A stretch of DNA of 64,000 nucleotides from Bacteroidales bacterium (GTDB taxonomy: Bacteria > Bacteroidota > Bacteroidia > Bacteroidales > VadinHA17): the NCBI GenBank assembly GCA_035530515.1, contig DATKUO010000136.1, positions 5,758-69,757 on the forward strand. The letters are read 5' to 3'. Numbering within the stretch: the first letter of the stretch is position 1; each line of letters begins with the position of its first letter. This document shows positions 8,331-17,404 of the stretch, piece after piece. Below the pieces are notes generated by a model that worked only from the letters and a program-made list of their open reading frames with translations, ran no database searches and was not told where the DNA came from. The translations under genes and the position numbers were made by a program.

Positions 8331-8463
8331 GTTATGGAGTTATGGGGTTGTTGCGTTATGGCGTTATGGCGTTGTGGTGTAAGAAATTGGAATTTCATTT
8401 ACTAAAATGTGTCATTCTCCCAACATTCCTTCATAACAATATAACGACACAACAACATAACAA
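8331..8463. repeat. ORF-less long hairpin built from gttatggc / gccataac words
   Basis: The left arm is gttatggagttatggggttgttgcgttatggcgttatggcgttgtggtg. The right arm is cataacaatataacgacacaacaacataacaa, which is about 75-80 % complementary. The loop is about 50 nt, in the wza-to-AlbA_2 spacer. Confidence 0.65.
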
Positions 8464-8468
8464 TTTAT

Positions 8469-9257
8469 TTACTTTCCGAAATAATTAATGAGCAACAACG
8501 TCGTCGTAATGGCCGATAAAGTAGTTGTCAGTAAAAACGAAAATGTCGGCAGGTTCATGTTGAAGATCTTTTGACTTAAAGGCTCGACTATTACAACGTC
8601 ATTTGGAAGAAGAAAATATGCTTCTGAAGAAAGAATTTGCTTGTCCTGCAGATTTAGCCGGTAAGTTTTGGATCCATTATCCTGAGGGCGTATGACTAAT
8701 ACTCTGTTACGGTTACCGTAATCCCCCACACCTCCTGCCCGCCCGATTGCCTCTAGAACGGTAAGATAATTGTTGTAATTAATATATGAGCCCGGTGACC
8801 TTACTTCGCCAATTACAGTAAACTTAAAGCTCAGCAACTTACATTCTACAGTTGAATTATTAAATACCTTGTCGGCTGAGGTCTGTAGCAGTTTCCGCGT
8901 CTCTTCAAGTGTAAGTCCGCCAACTTTTATTGGTCCGACTGCCGGTAAAACTATGTTACCTTCAGAATTTACATCATAACCAAAAAGATATCCGCCAGAT
9001 TCGTTCTGACCGATTTGCGTTATACCCTGGTTTCTTGAGGATGAAAGAAAATCAACAATGGTCCCATCGGGCAACATTGCTTTTACAGTAATATACAGGA
9101 TGTCGCGGGGCTGGATTTTATAATCGGGAATCGACATTGTAAAGGTTTCCTGCCCGCCGGTTTCGGGTAGGTTATTGAGGTAGGCGAGTTTCTTTTGTGA
9201 TGTACAACCTGTCAACAGAAGCAGGATTGTGATTATGGAGAGGGCTTGAAATTTCAT
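8469..9257 (-). CDS. wza: Polysaccharide export outer-membrane lipoprotein (Wza-like; Poly_export + SLBB)
   Basis: 262 aa. It has a signal peptide with lipobox LLTGC and a Y.IQPRDILYITV motif, followed by an SLBB-like region. Confidence 0.8.
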   Translation of the reverse strand: MKFQALSIITILLLLTGCTSQKKLAYLNNLPETGGQETFTMSIPDYKIQPRDILYITVKAMLPDGTIVDFLSSSRNQGITQIGQNESGGYLFGYDVNSEGNIVLPAVGPIKVGGLTLEETRKLLQTSADKVFNNSTVECKLLSFKFTVIGEVRSPGSYINYNNYLTVLEAIGRAGGVGDYGNRNRVLVIRPQDNGSKTYRLNLQDKQILSSEAYFLLPNDVVIVEPLSQKIFNMNLPTFSFLLTTTLSAITTTLLLINYFGK

Positions 9258-9312
9258 AAGACTATGTTTCTGGTTTATCGTTTCGTGTTTTCCGTTTTAG
9301 GTAAGTCAATGC

Positions 9313-10776
9313 TTAAATAACGTTGACCTTTTTATTACTTATTTTACGTTCCAGATACAAATATGCAGCAGAGACGTAATATACTCCCAATCCCAGAATA
9401 AGAGATTCTGCAGGGAATTTAAATCTATTAGCATCATTGAGTACATTTGCATAGAAATTTATGACAGGGAAATACCATATAAAAGCATATAAAATAATCA
9501 ATTTATAACTTTTCGCTATCTCATTTCTTAAAATTATTATTAGTGAATGGAACAAAGATACAGCAAACACAGTTACAGAGATGAACAGGAAGAGAAACTT
9601 ATATAATTTAATTATTAAATCCGGCAACATGTTCAGATTCATTGACATATCTGCCGGAAGCGTTGGTGAAACATATTTGAAGGTATATAGAAATGAAAAG
9701 ATTTTCAATTTCAATAATTCGTGCCTGTTTTGAATAGCGATCTCCTTATAAAAAGGCTTTAATTTTTCCCCCAAAATATTAATGTTCTTCGAAGAATAGG
9801 AAAGGTTAAAGTAGCTTAATAAACCGGGTTCAGCTAACGAATAAAGAAAAAATCCATTGGCGGGTGGCTTGAAAAAATCATCAGCTTTTCTGATTACAGG
9901 AATATTCAATAAAGAAGCCTTTCTTATTCCCCGGCTCGTATCCTGTTCAGCCAATTTAGCTTTCGCATTCAGGAATATCTGAAGAACCTCTTTGTTCTCA
10001 TCAGTAACAACATTGTTTTCATTTATCGTGGCAGGAATTGCCCACCTCTGGCCCGCAATCTGCATCGGAAAGATATTATAAAAGCCTCTGCTTTGATAAT
10101 TATATAACGCCCATAAATTTAATACTAACAACGAACTTATTGTTACGATTGCCACACCGGGAAAGAGTATTCTAAATTTGTGAAAACCCTCATGGGATAA
10201 ATGTATTATAATAACTAATGCTAAAAGAATAAGAGGTACACCCAGTGCATTAAATCGTGCAAGTACCATTAAACCGGATAATAATCCTGCCAAAAAAATG
10301 TTTCTTCTTCTTCCATTTGAATAATACATTAAAACCTTATGAACCAACATTGTAAAAATAAACAATGAGAGAATTTCAGAAAGAATGTTATAAGCAAATG
10401 CTATAGTGCTAAGGTTTATTATACCAAATAACCCTGCAAAAAAAGCAATTTTATCATTAGCGATCAGGATAATAAAAATCCGATAAACATAAATTGCTGT
10501 AATAAAAACCAGCAGATACTGTAGAATCATCACAGGAAAAATAAAATTGGTCTCTCCGAAAATAAGCATTACAAGTCCAAGAAGTAAAGAATATAATGGT
10601 GATCTGTGGCTAAGATCAAATAAAGAGGCTCCGGGGATATGAAATATCTGCTTCGCAAGGTTTATATATGCTGAAGCATCTCCCTGTATAACAGGCTTAA
10701 AAACCAGTATGAAGGTAATACAAAGTATTCCGTTAATCAACAAAAAAAGATTAAAGGATAAAGGTTTAATTCTCAT
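9313..10776 (-). CDS. Polytopic membrane protein, GT-C (ArnT/PMT_2-like) glycosyltransferase candidate
   Basis: 487 aa with at least 10 TM helices. An early periplasmic-loop acidic motif (GDASAYINLAKQI) is present. It overlaps the upstream GT2 gene by 11 nt. Confidence 0.4.
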   Translation of the reverse strand: MRIKPLSFNLFLLINGILCITFILVFKPVIQGDASAYINLAKQIFHIPGASLFDLSHRSPLYSLLLGLVMLIFGETNFIFPVMILQYLLVFITAIYVYRIFIILIANDKIAFFAGLFGIINLSTIAFAYNILSEILSLFIFTMLVHKVLMYYSNGRRRNIFLAGLLSGLMVLARFNALGVPLILLALVIIIHLSHEGFHKFRILFPGVAIVTISSLLVLNLWALYNYQSRGFYNIFPMQIAGQRWAIPATINENNVVTDENKEVLQIFLNAKAKLAEQDTSRGIRKASLLNIPVIRKADDFFKPPANGFFLYSLAEPGLLSYFNLSYSSKNINILGEKLKPFYKEIAIQNRHELLKLKIFSFLYTFKYVSPTLPADMSMNLNMLPDLIIKLYKFLFLFISVTVFAVSLFHSLIIILRNEIAKSYKLIILYAFIWYFPVINFYANVLNDANRFKFPAESLILGLGVYYVSAAYLYLERKISNKKVNVI

Positions 10777-11701
10777 TCTCCTTTTTTTTAATAATATAAC
10801 CCGGCCTGTTTTTTACCTCACAAAGTATCCTCCAAATATACTCTCCAATTACACCTAGCGCAAATAGGATTAAACCTGAAAAAAAAGCAAAGAATGATGT
10901 AAATGGTGACCAGAATGAACTTTTGATACTATAAAACACCTCAAGCTTATCTATAACATTTATTGAAAAAGAAAAAACAGACAACAAGCTTATAATTATC
11001 AGAGAAAGACCAATATATTTAATAACTTTTATGGGAAACAGGGACGTCGGGTAAATCATGTCATTTAATAATTTCCTTTTCTTTTTTGAAGTCCACCGTG
11101 ACTTTTTAATATTACTTTTTACCCTCGCATATGGGAAAAAATATGGATTATATCCTAAATTCAATAATTCTGATACTATTGAAATGTTTGTCGGGTTAAT
11201 CTTGTCTAAAATATCTATTAATTCTCTATCTATCAGAAATGAATCTGCGCCACCATAGGGATATTTAATATCCGAGAGCCAGCTCAATATTTTATAGAAA
11301 AAATTCGTTGCTACTGCCCGGAAGAATCCATCATCGCGACTGATCCTATTTGGAATAATTACTTTTTGACCTTTTTCCCACAGACGATACATTTCCACAA
11401 TGGTTTCATATGGCTGTTGCTCATCGTCAGGGATTGGCATCGCACAATCCCCTTTACAAACACTAAGCCCTGCAAAAACAGCATAATGTGAGGTATAGTT
11501 TCTGGAAAGTTGAAATGCTCTCACATTAGTATTCCCCTTTTCAAGTTCGAGTGCTATTCTAAAAGAATTATCTTCTGATCCATCATCCACAATGATGAGT
11601 TCAAATGGAATATTATTGGCACCCAAAAGTTCGGTTAGTTTATTATAAACCAAACTAATCCTCTCTCCACTAAAATATGATAATAAAATTACACTTAACA
11701 T
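10766..11701 (-). CDS. GT2 glycosyltransferase with C-terminal TM helices (GtrB/ArnC-like polyprenyl-phosphate glycosyltransferase)
   Basis: 311 aa. It shows LSVILLSY, a DDGSEDNS (DxD-type) motif, and two C-terminal TM helices typical of GtrB/ArnC enzymes. Confidence 0.7.
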   Translation of the reverse strand: MLSVILLSYFSGERISLVYNKLTELLGANNIPFELIIVDDGSEDNSFRIALELEKGNTNVRAFQLSRNYTSHYAVFAGLSVCKGDCAMPIPDDEQQPYETIVEMYRLWEKGQKVIIPNRISRDDGFFRAVATNFFYKILSWLSDIKYPYGGADSFLIDRELIDILDKINPTNISIVSELLNLGYNPYFFPYARVKSNIKKSRWTSKKKRKLLNDMIYPTSLFPIKVIKYIGLSLIIISLLSVFSFSINVIDKLEVFYSIKSSFWSPFTSFFAFFSGLILFALGVIGEYIWRILCEVKNRPGYIIKKKENEN

Positions 11702-11755
11702 TACTTTATCAGGTGTTGACTAATTCAAATAAAAAACAGTGGAAAACAAATAATA

Positions 11756-12928
11756 CTAATTAAAGCTGTTTAATATGTTAACAATTGTTTTAACCTCATA
11801 ATCTGTCATCACAGGAGAGATTGGCAGGGATAAAACCTCTTTGTGGATCTGTTCGGTTACCGGCAAACTAATATTTTCAAATTCTATAAAAGCTTTTTGT
11901 TTATGAGGCGGTATAGGATAATGTATCAATGTCTGTATCCCTTTTTCTGTAAGATACTCCTGCAATTTATCTTTTTCAGGGTGGCGAATAGTAAAAAGGT
12001 GCCAGACATGGTCAAGGCGCAGGGTACTGGGCGCAGGGCTCAGGGCAGAATCTGATACAGCTGACTTCCGGGTCTCAGTTCCAAACTCTGAGCTATTTAA
12101 GCAAGGTAAAATAATTTCCGGGTGTTTGATATTATCAAGATAAAATTGTGCAATTTCACGTCTTCGCTGGTTTTCCTGATCAAGGTATTTGAGTTTTATT
12201 GATAAAAACCCTGCCTGGATCTCATCCATCCTGCTATTTAGACCCTTATACTCGTTTAAATACTTTATTTTGCTTCCATAATTAGCGATAGTACGTATTG
12301 CTTCAGCCAATCTTTCATCATTTGTAGTTACAGCCCCCGCATCGCCTAATGCTCCCAGATTTTTACCCGGATAAAAACTATTTCCTGCTGCATCGCCAAG
12401 TGATCCGGTTCTCTTTCCATTCCACAAAGCTCCAATAGCATGTGCATTGTCTTCAATAATCTTCAGGTCATGTAATTTAGCAATCTTCTCAAGTTCATAA
12501 GACCAACATGGCCTTCCATAGAGATGGACAATCATAATAGCACGAGTCCGGCTTGTTATATGCTGTTCAATCTGGGAAATATTGAGATTATATGTGCTGA
12601 TCTCCGGTTCCACAAGCACCGGCTTTAGCCGGTTTTCAGAAATTGAAAGTATTGTAGCTATATAAGTATTAGCTGGTACTATTACTTCATCTCCTTCCTT
12701 AAAAATCCCCAATTCAATATATGCTCTAAGGATTAACCGCAAAGAATCCAGACCATTAGCAACTCCTACAGCCCGATTCACTCCAATATAATTTGCAATT
12801 TTTTTTTCAAATTCATTTACCTTTTCTCCCAGTATATACCATCCTGAATCAATAACCTCATTTGCGACTCGTTTTAATTCTTGTCTGTATCGCATATTAA
12901 TTTTTTGGATATCAAGGAATTTAATCAT
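11756..12928 (-). CDS. DegT/DnrJ/EryC1-family PLP sugar aminotransferase (FdtB/QdtB-like) carrying an atypical insertion
   Basis: The start is moved to [14 protein letters not shown]... (ATG at 12928), overlapping the acetyltransferase stop by 8 nt. Family motifs include [13 protein letters not shown] and HVWHLFTIR...[13 protein letters not shown]. See the insertion finding. Confidence 0.8.
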   Translation of the reverse strand: MIKFLDIQKINMRYRQELKRVANEVIDSGWYILGEKVNEFEKKIANYIGVNRAVGVANGLDSLRLILRAYIELGIFKEGDEVIVPANTYIATILSISENRLKPVLVEPEISTYNLNISQIEQHITSRTRAIMIVHLYGRPCWSYELEKIAKLHDLKIIEDNAHAIGALWNGKRTGSLGDAAGNSFYPGKNLGALGDAGAVTTNDERLAEAIRTIANYGSKIKYLNEYKGLNSRMDEIQAGFLSIKLKYLDQENQRRREIAQFYLDNIKHPEIILPCLNSSEFGTETRKSAVSDSALSPAPSTLRLDHVWHLFTIRHPEKDKLQEYLTEKGIQTLIHYPIPPHKQKAFIEFENISLPVTEQIHKEVLSLPISPVMTDYEVKTIVNILNSFN

Positions 12929-13688
12929 GCTCAAGTGATTCTTGCCAAACAGAAAAATCCAGTCCTTCCCAAGGCATGCCTTTATCAAAATTATAAGGCC
13001 AGGGATAATGATTAACTCCATTAGTTAAAAAATCCCTGATATCACTAACCACTCTGCCTGGCGAACCAATACACACTGAAAAATCAGGAATATCATTTGT
13101 TACAACCGTAGAGGCCCCAATCAGACAATTTACACCTATTTCAATTCCAGGTAATATAACACAGTTAACTGCAATAGCAGTATAATCGCCAATTATAGGA
13201 GACCGCTTGTTATTAGAAGGAAGCGCGAAATCGTTTGTTAATATCGTTCCGGGGGATATCCATACAAAATTACCAATTATACTGTTTTCAACAATACATA
13301 CATTACTATGAATGCTGGCATATTTTCCTGTTTTTACATTACCATGCAATTCTGAATAATTTCCGATCCTGCTACCTTCCCCAATAGAGTTGCCTTCACG
13401 AAGCATAATCCGGTGACCTGTTGAAACTTTATCTCCGATAGTATTTCCATTATATATTATGGCATGACTTCTTATCAGGCAATCCTTGCCAATAATGGTC
13501 GTTGTGTTTGAATATTTTTCATTATAATAATAATCCTTAGAAGGTTCGCCAATTATGCAATCATTTGCAATTATTGTTCCATCATCTATTAAAGTATTAT
13601 CATAAATAACAGTATTATCACCAATCTTTACATTTTCACCAATATGAATATTATCCCCATTTAAATGGAATTTATTATTAAATTTCAT
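12921..13688 (-). CDS. Left-handed beta-helix (hexapeptide-repeat) sugar N-acetyltransferase (FdtC/QdtC-like)
   Basis: 255 aa with many [LIV]G..xx[LIV] hexapeptide repeats. It lies between the cupin isomerase and aminotransferase genes. Confidence 0.7.
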   Translation of the reverse strand: MKFNNKFHLNGDNIHIGENVKIGDNTVIYDNTLIDDGTIIANDCIIGEPSKDYYYNEKYSNTTTIIGKDCLIRSHAIIYNGNTIGDKVSTGHRIMLREGNSIGEGSRIGNYSELHGNVKTGKYASIHSNVCIVENSIIGNFVWISPGTILTNDFALPSNNKRSPIIGDYTAIAVNCVILPGIEIGVNCLIGASTVVTNDIPDFSVCIGSPGRVVSDIRDFLTNGVNHYPWPYNFDKGMPWEGLDFSVWQESLEHD

Positions 13689-14098
13689 TTAGTATAGATT
13701 TTATAATTATCATAGTCCCTGATATAATCATCTTCACTATAAACAGATGAGGCTATAACCAAACAAACAGATCCTGAGGAGAAATCCTTTTCAGTTGCCC
13801 AGATTCCTGGTGGAATATAAAGTCCGGAGGATGGACTTTTCAATGCAATTATTTTCCTGTTTATACCATCGTCCATCTCAACATCAAAACTCCCACTTAC
13901 AGCAATTAATAACTGATGGCATGTTTTAAGTGCATGAGCCCCTCTTGATAAACCCCCAGGAATATCATAAATATAAAATACTCGCTTTATTTCAAAAGGA
14001 AAGTTCATCCCATTCTCCACAAAGGAGATATTTCCGGCTCTGTATTCAATACACGGTAACTTCAATAATACACAATCATCAATTGATGCTTTATTCAT
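13685..14098 (-). CDS. WxcM-like cupin (FdtA/QdtA-type dTDP-4-keto-6-deoxyhexose 3,4-isomerase), copy 2
   Basis: 137 aa: FPFEIKRVFYIYD.P....RG.HA.K.......A..GSF.V..DDG. There is a 4-nt ATGA overlap with both neighbours. Confidence 0.7.
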   Translation of the reverse strand: MNKASIDDCVLLKLPCIEYRAGNISFVENGMNFPFEIKRVFYIYDIPGGLSRGAHALKTCHQLLIAVSGSFDVEMDDGINRKIIALKSPSSGLYIPPGIWATEKDFSSGSVCLVIASSVYSEDDYIRDYDNYKIYTK

Positions 14099-14508
14099 TT
14101 CGTAATATAATACTGATAATTCCCGTAATCCCTTATATAATCACTTTCATCAAAACCAGAGGATGAAAGAACCATAGCTACTGAATTAGTGCTGAAATTT
14201 TCGATGTGACGCCATAATCCATTAGGCAGATAAAGTCCAAAATAAGCTCGATTAAGATGATACCCCTTTTCCTTTTTCCCATTATAAACCACTACATCAA
14301 AACTACCTGATAAGGCAACCACAAACTCATGTTGTTTTAAAAAAGCATGCCCTTCACGTCTTCCTCCTCCCGGGACATCGTAAACCCAATAAACACGCTT
14401 AATCTCAAATGGTATCAGGCTACCCTCTAAACAAGTAAGATTCCCTCGAACATCTACAATTTTTGGCAGATAAATGATATATGGTGATTTCAGCTCTATC
14501 ATTGCCAA
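14095..14508 (-). CDS. WxcM-like cupin (FdtA/QdtA-type isomerase), copy 1
   Basis: 137 aa and paralogous to the 13685-14098 gene: IPFEIKRVYWVYDVPGGGRREGHAF. Confidence 0.7.
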   Translation of the reverse strand: MAMIELKSPYIIYLPKIVDVRGNLTCLEGSLIPFEIKRVYWVYDVPGGGRREGHAFLKQHEFVVALSGSFDVVVYNGKKEKGYHLNRAYFGLYLPNGLWRHIENFSTNSVAMVLSSSGFDESDYIRDYGNYQYYITK

Positions 14509-14606
14509 TAAAAACTATTGCTTCAGCTTATTCATTTAAATTCAGGCAAGCTTTCGCCCCGTCAGTCATAGGATAAGGAGAAAGGGAAAAGGAGAAAGGG
14601 AAAAAT

Positions 14607-14635
14607 GCAAAGAGCATAGCGCCTGGCGCATTGCG
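14607..14635. repeat. Left inverted-repeat arm of four-helix-bundle cassette 4
   Basis: gcaaagagcatagcgcctggcg resembles rc(15014-15035) = gcaaagggcatagtgcaaggcg, matching at 18 of 22 positions. Confidence 0.7.
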
Positions 14636-14641
14636 AAAAAA

Positions 14642-15001
14642 TTAGCTTAGTGATTTCCTGAATAATGTAATCTTCCTTGACAAATGATCAAGATTTTCTT
14701 TATGGAATTCAAGAACATCCCTTGCAATATATTCAGACTCATAAAGAACAACTAGAATATTAACACATTCAAAAACTGACCTCCTGGAAATATTAAGAAA
14801 TTGCGCAAACTCCTTATCAGAAAATGATCCAGAACCCTCAGCAATATTGTTAGTTATACTCATAGTTGCAGCCCTAAGTTGCTCAGCAAACCTGTAAAGT
14901 TTTCTCTGCTCCAGATCATTCGCTATTACAAGCAGTGATTTGGTAACCTGAATCCCATTTTTCCAAATTTCAAAATCCTCAAACCTGAATACAGCTTTCA
15001 T
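14642..15001 (-). CDS. Four-helix-bundle protein (23S rRNA IVS protein family)
   Basis: 119 aa: FEIWKNGIQVTKSL......L....LYRFAEQLRAATMSITNNIAEGSG. Confidence 0.8.
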   Translation of the reverse strand: MKAVFRFEDFEIWKNGIQVTKSLLVIANDLEQRKLYRFAEQLRAATMSITNNIAEGSGSFSDKEFAQFLNISRRSVFECVNILVVLYESEYIARDVLEFHKENLDHLSRKITLFRKSLS

Positions 15002-15013
15002 AAATCATTTTTA

Positions 15014-15050
15014 CGCCTTGCACTATGCCCTTTGCGCCATGCGCCTTGCT
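15014..15050. repeat. Right inverted-repeat arm of four-helix-bundle cassette 4
   Basis: cgccttgcactatgccctttgcgccatgcgccttgct is complementary to 14607-14635. Confidence 0.7.
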
Positions 15051-15171
15051 GCCCGCAGGGCACGCTTCCGCCCCGTCAGTCACATCCCTGGAGAAGGCTA
15101 ACAAAGTCATTTGCAGAATGTTGGCAACAATTTTGGGAAAAACAAAACTGTTAGCTATATTAATATTTTAG

Positions 15172-15747
15172 TCATTCAGCTCTAGCAGAATGATGCAACA
15201 TAAGCAGGTTCTCTTCACTATTCCAAAGAGGAAGCAGGTCAGTTTGGTTTAGTTTCAGTAAATGAGTATCTGCTTCATGTGGATCAAGTACTATATAGCT
15301 GACTTTACGTCCGACTAGATTTTCAGCCTGTATAACTTTTCTGGCAAGATATTCCCGATCTATATCAGTACCAACCAGGATAAGATCTATTACCGGGCTA
15401 TCCTTTCCGCGAGCAAAATCACCTGTAAGGTAAACACATAATAGTTGGCCGATACGATGTATCACCTTATCAATTACACGATCAATACCAGTTTCTTTTA
15501 ATACTATATTATGAATATCTTTAAACAGAGGATGGTTCTGATTTGCCTGATAAATCTTCTTATTCCCATCTTTTAGAGAATGGAGCAATCCTGCATTTTC
15601 AAAGCGGTTGAGCTCAATTCGTATGGAGTTGGATGATTCACCAAATTCAGATTCAAGGCCGCGGAGATAAGCTTTTGTACGGCTGTTTAGAAAAAATTTC
15701 AGCAACAATTTGATCCTGGTCTGAGAAGTTATTAAAGTACCAATCAT
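15172..15747 (-). CDS. wHTH (ArsR-like) plus nucleotidyltransferase-like domain protein, putative regulator
   Basis: 191 aa. The N-terminus TRIKLLLKFFLNSRTKAYLRGLESEFGESSNSIRIELNRFENAGLL is wHTH-like. The C-terminus VYLTGDFARGKDSPVIDLILVG is NTase-like. Confidence 0.45.
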   Translation of the reverse strand: MIGTLITSQTRIKLLLKFFLNSRTKAYLRGLESEFGESSNSIRIELNRFENAGLLHSLKDGNKKIYQANQNHPLFKDIHNIVLKETGIDRVIDKVIHRIGQLLCVYLTGDFARGKDSPVIDLILVGTDIDREYLARKVIQAENLVGRKVSYIVLDPHEADTHLLKLNQTDLLPLWNSEENLLMLHHSARAE

Positions 15748-15833
15748 CCGGTCGGTTTAATGAGTAACAAATTTACTCGGTTTTTCCATAATTCCAAACT
15801 TCATTTAATATTTTATACTGTTTATATTCCATA

Positions 15834-15965
15834 GGATTGCTTCGTCATCACGCCATGCGTGATTCCTCGCAATGACACTGCAAGTAATTTAGGTTTGTTT
15901 TGGGCCAAAACCGCATATAGTTAAGTTAAACCGGTCATTGCGAGGAGTGAAACGACGAAGCAACC
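15834..15965. repeat. Nested palindromic repeat, copy A (unit1 15834-15876, unit2 15934-15965)
   Basis: Unit1 is ggattgcttcgtc-ATCACGCcatGCGTGAT-tcctcgcaatgac. Unit2, gtcattgcgaggagtgaaacgacgaagcaacc, is its inverted partner. The spacer holds the palindrome gttttgggccaaaac. Confidence 0.85.
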
Positions 15966-16052
15966 TCATAAACCATCCACATCATTAACCAGATCACGCC
16001 ATTCAGGATTAATCACCCTGAACACCGGTCGCCTCAAGCCGCAAGCCTGCAA

Positions 16053-17210
16053 TCACATCATTTGCCCGATTCTATCTGTCAGCTCATCAAGTGATACCAC
16101 ATCCATCGCTTTTCTGACAGGATATCCTTTTTCAACAGGTGATACTAAAAATGTATGTTCAGGTTTAAGATCATGGATTGCAGAAAAAGTACCTCTTGAC
16201 AGAGCAGGGGCCTTAGATGCTTTACATTCAATGGCAATAAGACCTCTGTGCAGTTGAACCAAAAAATCAATTTCAGAACCATGATTTGTTCTGTAGAAAC
16301 TAATATCCGTATTCGGGAAATGTCCCTTCAGGTTGGTCAGTACAATACCTTCCCACAAACTACCAAAAACCGGATGACCTGCCAACTGAATGAAATCTTT
16401 TAATCCCAATAATGCTGTTAAGATCCCGGCATCACTAATATACACTTTTGGTGTTTTAACAAGTCTCTTCCCTGTATTTACCAGATACGGGGGAACTATA
16501 TCAACCATAAATGTCGATTGCAAAATGTCAACATATGATTTAATGGTTGTATTGCTTACCCCAAGTGAGTTCCCCAATGACGAATAGTTAACTGTTTGTC
16601 CGTTATTATGAGCCAGCATCATCCAGAGCCTCCGTACTGACATTGGTGATGAGCCGGTCCATTGCATCAGGTCGCGCTCAATAAAAGCTGAAATGAAATT
16701 TTCCTTCCATTCCATTGAAACGGAATTGGTTTTCGCCAGGAATGATCCCGGAAATCCTCCCCTGACAAGATACTGTTCCAAATCACCATGGTGGTTTATT
16801 TCCTTCCACAGGAAAGGAGTCAGACGCTTATAAGAAATTCTTCCTGCAAGCGATTCAGAACTTTGTTTTAAAAGGTCTCTTGAGGCTGATCCCAGGATAA
16901 CAAAGCTGCTGTTCTTTCTCCATTCATCAACAAGGCTTCTTATCAACGGAAATATTTCAGGTTTTCTTTGTATCTCATCAAGACAAATTATCTTCTCTTT
17001 CTGTGATTGAAAGAACCATTCTGCCTCGTCCAATTTTTGAAGATCAGACTGTCGTTCAAGATCAAGGTAAATAAGTTCCCGATCACTATTAAGCAGATAC
17101 CTGATAAGAGTTGATTTACCGCATTGCCTTGGACCAACAACTGCTACAACAGGAAAATGGCTGAGACTCTCATTAATCTCTTTGGTTAACTTTCTTTTTA
17201 TTAGTTCCAT
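16053..17210 (-). CDS. AAA+ ATPase with DUF4143-type C-terminal domain (ATPase 1)
   Basis: 385 aa with Walker A GPRQCGKST and Walker B ICLDEIQ. The C-terminal region carries the E.DF / restriction-endonuclease-like pattern (GSEIDFLV...IAIECK). Confidence 0.8.
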   Translation of the reverse strand: MELIKRKLTKEINESLSHFPVVAVVGPRQCGKSTLIRYLLNSDRELIYLDLERQSDLQKLDEAEWFFQSQKEKIICLDEIQRKPEIFPLIRSLVDEWRKNSSFVILGSASRDLLKQSSESLAGRISYKRLTPFLWKEINHHGDLEQYLVRGGFPGSFLAKTNSVSMEWKENFISAFIERDLMQWTGSSPMSVRRLWMMLAHNNGQTVNYSSLGNSLGVSNTTIKSYVDILQSTFMVDIVPPYLVNTGKRLVKTPKVYISDAGILTALLGLKDFIQLAGHPVFGSLWEGIVLTNLKGHFPNTDISFYRTNHGSEIDFLVQLHRGLIAIECKASKAPALSRGTFSAIHDLKPEHTFLVSPVEKGYPVRKAMDVVSLDELTDRIGQMM

Positions 17211-17307
17211 TTTGCAATTAGATTACCGTACAAATTTAAATATATACTTTGAATATACACGGTTAATAAGTCGTATTTTTTATGGTTGATAGTTCAACTT
17301 CTCCGCC

Positions 17308-17404
17308 GTCATTGCAATGACCCTGCTCCCATATGATGTTTTATACAGTTTATGTACTATAGGATTGCTTCGTCATCACGCCATGCGTGATTCCTCGCAA
17401 TGAC
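17308..17404. repeat. Palindromic repeat units: mini-palindrome gtcattgcaatgac (17308-17321) and unit1 copy (17362-17404)
   Basis: 17362-17404 is identical over 43 nt to 15834-15876. A further 23 nt of left flank matches 15811-15833 with 4 mismatches. Confidence 0.9.
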
